In this document: piece after piece, positions 8,562-16,366 of the stretch
How the letters are laid out: each line of letters starts with the position of its first letter
Position numbering within the stretch: position 1 is the first letter of the stretch
Source: an uncultured Thermoplasmata archaeon
Lineage (GTDB): Archaea > Thermoplasmatota > Thermoplasmata > Lutacidiplasmatales > UBA184
Assembly: GCA_963809035.1 (NCBI GenBank)
Contig: CAWEHV010000002.1
Coordinates: 2,173,601-2,237,600, forward strand
DNA length: 64,000 nucleotides
Direction: 5' to 3'
Made by a program: the position numbers and the translations under genes
Notes under the pieces: generated by a model
Seen by the model: only the letters and a program-made list of their open reading frames with translations
The model's database searches: none
Told to the model about the DNA's origin: nothing

Positions 8562-9602
8562 ATGTCATTGAATCCTCCCTCCGCGAGCCTGCGGACGGTC
8601 ACGAGCACGATCGTCGTGGTATCGATCCTCGTGGCCGCCGGAGTGGCCGTGATCGCAACGGCGGCGTACTACGGGTCTCGGACGACCCTGACCCCCGGGA
8701 ACGTTACCGTCGTGGACGACGTGGGACGGACGGTCGCCGCCCCGTCGGACACGAGCCGGATCGTCGTGCTCGCCCCGAGCGTCATGGACATCGTGTACCG
8801 CCTCGGGTTGCGCGACCGCGTTGTGGGCATCGGATGCACACCGCCGCTGTACGGAGGGATCCTGAACGAATATTCTCCCAACCAGACCGCGGCGTGGAAT
8901 CTGTCGAGCTCGATGTGCGTGACGGATTTCCCCACTCTGAACACCCAGGAGCTCGCGAGCCTCGCTCCCCAGTTGGTCCTCGCGTCCACCCTCACGTCGG
9001 CTTCCGACGTCGCGACCCTGACCAACACCTATGGGCTGCCGGTCGTCATCCTGGCCCCGTCGACCCTGGACGGGATCGTGGGTGACGTCAACCTCGTCGC
9101 CCAACTCTTCCCGAGCGCCCGGCCGGCCGCGACGACGCTCGACGCCAGTCTCGAGGGGATCCTGGCCAACGCAACCGCGTTCGACGGCCTCCTCGAGGAA
9201 AACGCGACTCCGATCCCCTCGGTCCTCCTGACGTACTATTTCGATGGGGGCGGGTACTACACCTTCGGTCCCGGAACGTTCGGGCAGTCGCTCGTCGACT
9301 TGGCCGCGGGCTCGAGTATTGCGGCCGGCGTGCCGCTCGAGTACGCCGAGATCAACGCCACGGTCGTGTTGGCCGACCAACCGACCGTTGTGATCTATGG
9401 GACCAGTTGGAATGACCCCTACTTGGTCGCGAACGAGACCCCGACCGCCTGGCCGGGCGCGCCCTACTGGGCTCAGCTGGACGGAGCCAAAATCCCGATC
9501 GACATCACCGTGCTAACGGAGGCCGACCCCACGATGCTCCTCGAGCTCCCCTGGTTCCTCCACTGGCTCCATCCAACCCTCTCTCCCGTCCCTTCGGATT
9601 GA
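8562..9602 (+). CDS. ABC transporter substrate-binding protein, iron-siderophore/cobalamin (FecB/BtuF-like, PBP type 8)
   Basis: N-terminal TM/signal anchor; the periplasmic-binding-protein pattern is IVVLAPSVMDIV...; it is the first gene of a three-gene ABC importer operon. Confidence 0.75.
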   Translation: MSLNPPSASLRTVTSTIVVVSILVAAGVAVIATAAYYGSRTTLTPGNVTVVDDVGRTVAAPSDTSRIVVLAPSVMDIVYRLGLRDRVVGIGCTPPLYGGILNEYSPNQTAAWNLSSSMCVTDFPTLNTQELASLAPQLVLASTLTSASDVATLTNTYGLPVVILAPSTLDGIVGDVNLVAQLFPSARPAATTLDASLEGILANATAFDGLLEENATPIPSVLLTYYFDGGGYYTFGPGTFGQSLVDLAAGSSIAAGVPLEYAEINATVVLADQPTVVIYGTSWNDPYLVANETPTAWPGAPYWAQLDGAKIPIDITVLTEADPTMLLELPWFLHWLHPTLSPVPSD

Positions 9603-9620
9603 ACCGCTGGGCCTCTGGGC

Positions 9621-10751
9621 ATGGCGGTGACCTCCCCTCCCCGAGATGCGCTGGCCCCCATCCCAACCCTCCGTCGGCCCCGTCGGTGGCTCGTCCTGGC
9701 GGCCTTGCTCGTCGGCCTGGCGCTGCTCGTCGTACTCTCCACGATCATCGGACCGCTGACCGGCACTCAGATCATCCCGTGGTCTACGGTGCTCTGGATC
9801 GTGGGATACCACCTCACCGCAGGGCTTCTGCCCTCCGCTCCCTGCCCTCCCTCGATCCACGGGTTGGAATGCACGGTCCAGACGGAGATCGTGTGGGGCG
9901 CGCGGTTCCCTCCCCTCCTACTCGCGGTACTGGTCGGGGCGGCGCTGGGTATCTCGGGCGGTGCCCTCCAGGGCGTGTTCCGTAACCCGCTCGTCGACCC
10001 CTATCTCCTTGGGCTCTCGACGGGAGCGGCGGTCGGCGCGTCGATCCTCTTCACCTTCAATCTCGCCCCCGCCCAACAGGCCACCTTCTTGCCGGTCCTC
10101 GCCTTCCTAGGAGCCCTGGTGCCCGGCACCGTGGTCTACCTCGCGGCCGGTGGCCGAGCCCGTTCCATCGAGACCCTGCTCCTGACCGGGGTCGCCCTGA
10201 ATTTCCTATTCGCCGCCCTCCTGGACGCCCTGCTCCTCTACAACCCGTCGAGCGGCGTGCAGGTCAACTTCTGGCTCCTCGGGGGCCTGAGCGATGCCAC
10301 CTGGACCCGGGACGGTATCGTGTTCGGTGTCCTTCTCATCGCCGGCACCGCGATCGCACTCCACGGGCGTTCCCTCAACGTCCTCCAACTCGGTCGAGAT
10401 GTGGCTGAGAGCGTCGGCGTCGACGCCCGACGCACCACGCGACGGATCATCGTGCTCTCCACGGTCCTCACGGCCGTCGCCGTCGCTTTCTCCGGCGTGA
10501 TCGGCTTTGTCGGTCTCGTTTCGCCGCATGTGGTCCGACGCATGGTCGGACCCGACTATCGACTCGTCCTCCCGATCTCGGGACTCTTCGGAGCGACCTT
10601 CCTTGTCCTCGCGTGGGACCTCGCGCAATCGGTCGTTCCTTCCGTGGTGATCCCGGTAGGGATCCCGACGGCCTTTGCCGGGGCACCGTTCTTCCTTTAC
10701 CTGCTCTACCGCCGCGGCGGTCTCCGTGGCGGGGGGAGGTCGGCCGGATGA
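9621..10751 (+). CDS. ABC transporter permease, FecCD/BtuC family
   Basis: FecCD signature region (LLLAVLVGAALGISGGALQGVFRNPLVDPYLLGLSTGAAVGA) with ~9 TM helices. Confidence 0.85.
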   Translation: MAVTSPPRDALAPIPTLRRPRRWLVLAALLVGLALLVVLSTIIGPLTGTQIIPWSTVLWIVGYHLTAGLLPSAPCPPSIHGLECTVQTEIVWGARFPPLLLAVLVGAALGISGGALQGVFRNPLVDPYLLGLSTGAAVGASILFTFNLAPAQQATFLPVLAFLGALVPGTVVYLAAGGRARSIETLLLTGVALNFLFAALLDALLLYNPSSGVQVNFWLLGGLSDATWTRDGIVFGVLLIAGTAIALHGRSLNVLQLGRDVAESVGVDARRTTRRIIVLSTVLTAVAVAFSGVIGFVGLVSPHVVRRMVGPDYRLVLPISGLFGATFLVLAWDLAQSVVPSVVIPVGIPTAFAGAPFFLYLLYRRGGLRGGGRSAG

Positions 10752-12070
10752 CCGAGCGCACGGTTCCGCCGCTGACCGTCGAAGCGGTCACGGTCCGGTA
10801 CCGGGACCAGGTCGCCGTGCGGTCGGTGACCCTCTCCGTGCCCCGAGGCGAGGTACTGGCCCTGGCGGGGCCGAACGGTTCCGGGAAATCCACCCTTTTG
10901 CGGGCGATCGCCGGCCTCGAACCTCTCGCGGGAGGGTCGGTCCGAATCCTGGGTCGCCCTCTGCGTTCCTTCTCCCTGCGAGAGCGGGCGCGCATGGTCG
11001 CCTGGATGCCCCAAGAGGAGGCGTCCGGCGACAACGTTCCCCTCCTCGACTACGTCCGGTACGGTCGATTCGCCCACGTCCCCCCGTTGGCCGCCGAACG
11101 CGAGGCGGACGAACGGGCCGTGATGGCCGCCCTGGCGGACGCGGACGTGACAACGTTCGCCCGTCGCGGCATCCTCGAGCTGAGCGGCGGCGAGCGCCAA
11201 CGGGCCCGGCTCGCCAGGGTACTCGCCCAGGAGACCCCGGTCCTCCTCCTCGATGAGGCGACCGCCCATCTCGACGTCGGGCATCAGCTGGACCTCCTCG
11301 GCCGGATCCGGAAGATCGCCCGCCGGGACGGGAGGGCCGTCATCGTCGCGCTCCACGACCTCAACCTCGCGGCCCGGTTCGCGGACCGGGTTGCCGTGCT
11401 CTCCCACGGGCAGCTGGTAGCCGAGGGAGCTCCGCCGGCGATCCTTTCGCCCGAACTCCTCGCCCGGGTCTGGGGGATCGTCGCCGTAGTGCGCCGAGAC
11501 GCCGCCACCGGGCTCCCCTACCTCATTCCCCAGCTCCCGCTCGGGCCTGAACCGGCGTCCGTTCACCTGCCCCGCCGCCCCAAGGTTCACGTGGTCGCCG
11601 GCGGCGGAACCGGGATTCCCTACCTTCGCCGGCTGGTCGAGGAGGGGTACGATGTCTCGGCCGGCGCATTGCCGCTCTTCGACTCCGACACGGAGGCCGC
11701 CGAGGAACTCGGCGTCCCGGTGGCGGTCGAGATCCCGTTCGCTCCTCTCGGTTTGGAGGCCCGCGCCCGGAATCGGGTGCTGCTCGCGTCGGCCGGGGCG
11801 ATCGTGGTCGCACCGTTCCCGGTCGGGCCGTCGAACCTCGCGAACCTGGAGGATCTACGGGAGTTCGTCCCGCGCATCCCTATCTTCCTCATCGACCCGC
11901 CCCACGGGACGTCTCTCGAGTTCGCGGACGGGCGAGCGACCGAGGTGCGGGAGGAGCTCGCCCGAAGGGGCGGCGTCCGCGTCGAGAGCGTCGACGCCCT
12001 AGTCGCCGCGCTGGCGGCGCGGCTGCGGGGGCCGAACGACGCGACGGACGGCCCTCCGGGGCAGGGGTAG
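10748..12070 (+). CDS. ABC transporter ATP-binding protein (FepC/BtuD-like) with additional ~175-aa C-terminal domain of unknown function
   Basis: ATG at 10748 overlaps the permease stop (ATGA). Walker A GPNGSGKST, LSGGERQRARLA and Walker B LLLDEATAHLD are present. The extension contains KVHVVAGGGTGIPYLRRL. Confidence 0.85.
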   Translation: MTERTVPPLTVEAVTVRYRDQVAVRSVTLSVPRGEVLALAGPNGSGKSTLLRAIAGLEPLAGGSVRILGRPLRSFSLRERARMVAWMPQEEASGDNVPLLDYVRYGRFAHVPPLAAEREADERAVMAALADADVTTFARRGILELSGGERQRARLARVLAQETPVLLLDEATAHLDVGHQLDLLGRIRKIARRDGRAVIVALHDLNLAARFADRVAVLSHGQLVAEGAPPAILSPELLARVWGIVAVVRRDAATGLPYLIPQLPLGPEPASVHLPRRPKVHVVAGGGTGIPYLRRLVEEGYDVSAGALPLFDSDTEAAEELGVPVAVEIPFAPLGLEARARNRVLLASAGAIVVAPFPVGPSNLANLEDLREFVPRIPIFLIDPPHGTSLEFADGRATEVREELARRGGVRVESVDALVAALAARLRGPNDATDGPPGQG

Positions 12071-12901
12071 GAATTCAACGGGTGGAACATCCGGACCCTC
12101 GATCTGCTCGAACACGCGAGGAAGGTCCCGGTCGACTACGACGAGCACACAGTCGACCCCCAATCGGGTGGCCTCCACGATCGCCGCGGCCACGCCAAAT
12201 CGGATCATCGGGCGGGAGGGACTCGCTCGGCCGAGCACATGAACCGCCTCGAGCCCGTAGGCGAGGAGAAGGCCGCCCGGAGCGGCGGCCACGGCGGCCC
12301 GCGTCTGGGCGACCAGCGCCGGGTCGTGGAGACGGTCGACCGGGAGGGTGAGCACCCTCAACCGCCCGTGGGGCAACGGGACGATCCCCTCGAGCTCACC
12401 GACTTCCACCAGCTCCCCCGCCGCGGCGCCGGAATGCGCCCGACCGCGCGAGCCGTGACCCGGGCCGGTGCGCGCGGTGAGTACGCCGTCGCGAATCTCG
12501 AGGGTTACTTTTTCCCCCTTCTGGATGGGTCCCGCCGCGACGGCTCGAGTAGTCCGGACGATGTGCAGCCGGTCCAGGCGGTGGGCGAGGTCATCGCGGA
12601 CGCTTCCGAGGGCCGAGTGGAGCCAGTCGACCCCTCCCACGGTCGAACGGTACCGTCCGCCGCTCAGCTCGACCAGGCCGCGACGGGAGAGGCTGCGGTA
12701 GGTGTGGGAGGCCGCCTGGACGGTCAACCCGAGACGCTCGGCGACCGACCGGAGGTTCGTCACCTCCCGGGTCTCGCACTCGTACAGGAACAGAAGGTCG
12801 CTGACGGTGCCCGCTCGTCGGAGGGTGCCGAGGCCGCTTCGACGCGGGCTCTTCGGGGGAGCGCCGGGAGCCACGGGCCTGCCAGACCCTTGCCGGTACA
12901 A
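11999..12901 (-). CDS. Putative transcriptional regulator with N-terminal winged-HTH (MarR/ArsR-like)
   Basis: HTH-like segment LRSVAERLGLTVQAASHTYRSLSRRGLVE, followed by domains of unknown function. It is convergent with, and overlaps, the ABC ATPase 3' end. Confidence 0.45.
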   Translation of the reverse strand: MYRQGSGRPVAPGAPPKSPRRSGLGTLRRAGTVSDLLFLYECETREVTNLRSVAERLGLTVQAASHTYRSLSRRGLVELSGGRYRSTVGGVDWLHSALGSVRDDLAHRLDRLHIVRTTRAVAAGPIQKGEKVTLEIRDGVLTARTGPGHGSRGRAHSGAAAGELVEVGELEGIVPLPHGRLRVLTLPVDRLHDPALVAQTRAAVAAAPGGLLLAYGLEAVHVLGRASPSRPMIRFGVAAAIVEATRLGVDCVLVVVDRDLPRVFEQIEGPDVPPVEFLPLPRRAVRRVVRPPQPRRQRGD

Positions 12902-12928
12902 GAGACCACGGAGCCGCGGCGGGTCGGC

Positions 12929-14974
12929 TTACGCCTGCGCCGCCGGCCGTCGGGTCGCACTGGGGGCCGTGGCGTCCCGCTTCACCTCGCGGATGCGGTC
13001 CCGGATGCGGGCCGCCTCCTCGAAATCCAGGCGCTCCGCCGCGAGGCGCATCTCCTCTTCCAGGTTCGCGAGCAGGAGCGGCAGGCGTTCTTTCCACTTC
13101 CTCCCGAGTCCCGACGTGGAGAGCGACCCCGAAGGGGCGTCCTCACTGGGCGCGAGGAGGGAACGGACCTCCTTCTGGACCGACTCGGGGACGATCCCGT
13201 GCTCTCGATTGTATTCGAGCTGCACGGTTCGCCGGCGGGTCATTTCACCCATCGCGCGGGCCATCGACCCCGTGACACGGTCCGCGTAGAGCACGACCCG
13301 TCCCCGCTCGTTGCGGCTGGCCCGTCCCGCGGTTTGGACGATCGACGTCTCGCTCCGGAGGTACCCCTCTTTGTCCGCGTCGAGGATCGCGACGAAGCTG
13401 ACCTCGGGCAGGTCGAGCCCCTCGCGGAGGAGGTTGATCCCGACGAGGATGTCGAACTCGCCGATCCGGAGGTCGCGGAGCACTTCGACCCGCTTCAGGG
13501 TCTCGACCTCGGAGTGGAGGTACCGGACGCGCAGCCCGAGGCGGGCGAGGTAGTTCGAGAGCTCTTCGCTCGTCCGTTTCGTGAGGGTCGTCACGAGGGC
13601 GCGGTCGCCGGCCTCGACGCAGGCCCGCAGTTCCTTCACGAGGTCCTCGATGTGCCCCGTGAGGGGCCGGACCTCGATCGGAGGGTCGACGAGCCCGGTC
13701 GGCCGGATGATCTGTTCGACGACCCCCTTCGAGACCTTCCGTTCGAAGGGCCCGGGGGTCGCGGAGACGAAGACGGCCTGCGGGACCCGAGAGAGGAACT
13801 CGGGGAACGTGAGCGGCCGGTTGTCCCGGCAGGAGGGCAAACGCCAGCCGAATTCGACCAGATTGTCCTTGCGGCTGCGGTCCCCCTTGTGCATCCCCAT
13901 CAGTTGGGGGACGGTGACGTGGGACTCGTCCAGGAAGACGAGCATGTCCTCCGGGAAGAAGTCGAGGAGCGTGTACGGGGGCTCCCCCGGCTTTCGGCCG
14001 GCGAAGTAGCGTGCGTAGTTCTCGACGCCCGTGCAGTAGCCGGTCTCGCGCAGCATCTCGAGGTCGTAGTCCACCCGACCTTTCAGGCGCTGGGCCTCCA
14101 CGATCTTCTCGGCCCGGACCAACTCCTTCACGCGGACGTCCCGCTCCTTCTCGATCTGGGGGAGGATCTCCTGCATCCGATCGTCGACCGTCAGGAAGTG
14201 CGTCGCCGGAAAGACGGAAAGCTGGTCCAGGTCCCGACGTTCTTCCCGGGTCACCGGGTCGAGTTCGGCGATGGCCGAGACGGTCCGGCCATCCAGGACA
14301 ATGCGGTGGACGGTCTCCCCCGCCCCCATGACGTCGACCGTCCCCCCGCGAACCGTGAAACGGCCGCGCTTCAGCTCGACGTCGTTGCGTTGGTACTTCA
14401 TGTGGACGAGCTGCTCGAGCAACGCCTGTCGGGTGACCGTCTGGCCCACCCGGAGCTCCACGACCGACGAGCGGTAGTCCTCGGGCGAGCCGAGACCGTA
14501 GATGCAGCTGACCGAGGCAACGACGATCACGTCCCGTCGCGTCAGCAACGCCTGCGTCGCCCGGTGGCGGAGGCGGTCGATCTCCTCGTTGACGGACGAG
14601 TCCTTCTCGATGTACAGGTCGATCTGAGGGAGGTAGGCTTCGGGCTGGTAGTAGTCGAAGTAGCTGACGAAGTACTCGACCGCACTGTTGGGGAAGAGGG
14701 CCCGGAACTCGCTGACGAGCTGGGCGGCGAGCGTCTTGTTCGGGCTGACCACCAGCGTGGGCCGCTGCAGGCGTTGGACCGCGTGGGCCATCGTGAACGT
14801 CTTGCCGCTGCCGGTGACGCCCAGCAGGGTGACGTACTTCTCGCCGTCCGCGATACGTCGCACGATGCCCTCGATCGCCTGCGGCTGGTCCCCCTGCGGG
14901 ACCATATCGGTCTCGAGCTGGAATTGACCGGGGAGATGGGCGGGGGCGGGCGCACTCGTCTTCGGGGGGCTCAC
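12929..14974 (-). CDS. uvrB: Excinuclease ABC subunit B
   Basis: GDQPQAI, GVTGSGKTFT and YFVSYFDYYQPEAY motifs, with the C-terminal UVR domain (FEEAARIRDRI). The start is set at GTG 14974, which forms a GTGA overlap with the upstream gene's stop. The ORF-track extension to 15445 adds ~157 non-homologous Arg-rich residues. Confidence 0.93.
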   Translation of the reverse strand: MSPPKTSAPAPAHLPGQFQLETDMVPQGDQPQAIEGIVRRIADGEKYVTLLGVTGSGKTFTMAHAVQRLQRPTLVVSPNKTLAAQLVSEFRALFPNSAVEYFVSYFDYYQPEAYLPQIDLYIEKDSSVNEEIDRLRHRATQALLTRRDVIVVASVSCIYGLGSPEDYRSSVVELRVGQTVTRQALLEQLVHMKYQRNDVELKRGRFTVRGGTVDVMGAGETVHRIVLDGRTVSAIAELDPVTREERRDLDQLSVFPATHFLTVDDRMQEILPQIEKERDVRVKELVRAEKIVEAQRLKGRVDYDLEMLRETGYCTGVENYARYFAGRKPGEPPYTLLDFFPEDMLVFLDESHVTVPQLMGMHKGDRSRKDNLVEFGWRLPSCRDNRPLTFPEFLSRVPQAVFVSATPGPFERKVSKGVVEQIIRPTGLVDPPIEVRPLTGHIEDLVKELRACVEAGDRALVTTLTKRTSEELSNYLARLGLRVRYLHSEVETLKRVEVLRDLRIGEFDILVGINLLREGLDLPEVSFVAILDADKEGYLRSETSIVQTAGRASRNERGRVVLYADRVTGSMARAMGEMTRRRTVQLEYNREHGIVPESVQKEVRSLLAPSEDAPSGSLSTSGLGRKWKERLPLLLANLEEEMRLAAERLDFEEAARIRDRIREVKRDATAPSATRRPAAQA

Positions 14975-15801
14975 GGGGCGACCCCCGCCGGTGCGGGACG
15001 GCGACCGTAGCCCTTCGGGTCGATCACGACGGACCCGAATCCGAGGCTCCGCACGGAAGCGAGGATCTCCGAGGAGAGAGGAGCGGTGGAGAGTCGAGGG
15101 ACCTCGCTCGGGTCGACCTCGATGCGGGCGTCCTCTCCCCGCACCCGCACGCGAACCCGGCGGAACCCCTGCTCGAGAAGGATCGACTCGGCGGCTTCGA
15201 TGCGAGCCAGCAAGGAGAGGTCGATCGGGTTCCCGTAGGCCACGCGGGATGCGAGGCAGGCGTCCGAGGGCTGGTCCGCGTTCCCGAGGTGGTGGGAGCG
15301 CGCTGCGTGCCGCACATCCGCCTTGGTCCAGCCTTCCTCGGCGAGCGGGTGACGGAACCCGGCCTCGTCCATCGCCCGCAACCCGGGGCGATCGTCGCTG
15401 TAGTCGTCCGTGTGGATCCCGTCGAGGTACTGGTGCGCTCCCCACTCCTTTCCGAAGGAGAGCAGACGCCCGGCTTCAACGGAGCGGCAGAAGTAGCAGC
15501 GGTTGGTGGGGTTCGCCCGGTACTCCGCCCGCTCGAGCGGGTCGACGGTCAGCAGCTGGTGCGGAATCCCGATCTCGCGAGCGACCCGCTCGGCCCGGTC
15601 CACTTCCACCTGGGCCACCGCCGGGCCTCGAAGGGTCACCGCGACGGTGTCCTTCCCGAGGGCCTCGAACGCGAGCGCGGCGACGACCGCGGAATCGACC
15701 CCGCCGGAGAGGGCGATCAAGGCTCGGCCGCCGTCGGCGATGCGGTGCACGACCAACCCTTCGTCGCGCAGGACCGACGAGGAAGGAGAGAACCCGGACA
15801 T
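14971..15801 (-). CDS. PP-loop ATP pyrophosphatase family protein (LarE/TIGR00268-like)
   Basis: SGGVDS PP-loop, CYFCR and CLASRV motifs. ATG at 15801; the upstream ~176 codons of the track ORF are antisense to the DUF296 gene. Confidence 0.75.
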   Translation of the reverse strand: MSGFSPSSSVLRDEGLVVHRIADGGRALIALSGGVDSAVVAALAFEALGKDTVAVTLRGPAVAQVEVDRAERVAREIGIPHQLLTVDPLERAEYRANPTNRCYFCRSVEAGRLLSFGKEWGAHQYLDGIHTDDYSDDRPGLRAMDEAGFRHPLAEEGWTKADVRHAARSHHLGNADQPSDACLASRVAYGNPIDLSLLARIEAAESILLEQGFRRVRVRVRGEDARIEVDPSEVPRLSTAPLSSEILASVRSLGFGSVVIDPKGYGRRPAPAGVAP

Positions 15802-15879
15802 GGAGAGCTCATTGCCAATCGGGGGGGGCGGAAAACCGTATCTGCCGTTGAGGCGGCTTCGGGACCCGAGGCCGACCCA

Positions 15880-16317
15880 ATGCAGAGCGTGCACGAGGGC
15901 ACAGAATGGGTCCTCCGGCTGGACGACGGACAGGACCTGTTCGAGGCACTGACCGGGTTTGCCCGGAAGGAGGGGGTTCGGGCCGGAGCGGTGCTGATCG
16001 GGATCGGGATGTTCCGGACGGCGACCTTCGGTTATTGGGACGGCTCGCAGTACCGACCGCACGAGCTGACGGTCCCGCACGAGCTCGTCGCGTTGCATGG
16101 GACGATCGCCACCGTCGACGGAAACCCGTCGGCTCACCTGCACGGCGCGGTCGCCGGTCCCGAGCACCGGCTCGTGGGGGGCCACCTCCTGCGCGCGACG
16201 GTCGGCATCCTCCTCGAGGTCGTCCTCGAGACCTTTCCAGGCCGGACCTTCGGCCGACCCCTCGGGGAGACGTTCGGACTTCGCATGCTCGATCTGGAGC
16301 CGGTCGTCGACCCGTAG
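15880..16317 (+). CDS. DUF296 (PPC/PCC domain) protein
   Basis: The 145-aa region starting at MQSVHEGTEWVLRLDDGQDLFEALT has the typical DUF296 pattern including HLHGAVAG...GGHLL. It is divergent from the PP-loop ATPase. Confidence 0.7.
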   Translation: MQSVHEGTEWVLRLDDGQDLFEALTGFARKEGVRAGAVLIGIGMFRTATFGYWDGSQYRPHELTVPHELVALHGTIATVDGNPSAHLHGAVAGPEHRLVGGHLLRATVGILLEVVLETFPGRTFGRPLGETFGLRMLDLEPVVDP

Positions 16318-16366
16318 GCGGCCCGACACCCCTTTCCTCCGGACCGACGTTCTCTGACACCGACGT

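Noticed and set aside
14975-15445. N-terminal extensions in the ORF track for uvrB (to 15445), PP-loop ATPase (to 16329), purQ (to 22754), pfkB (to 24905), glyS (from 25685), rps7 (to 44285), EamA (to 48925), purM (to 49806), acd (to 62191), trm1 (to 20755)
   Set aside because: The extensions lack homology to the respective families and overlap neighbouring genes. Internal starts coincide with family N-termini and with 4-nt start-stop overlaps.
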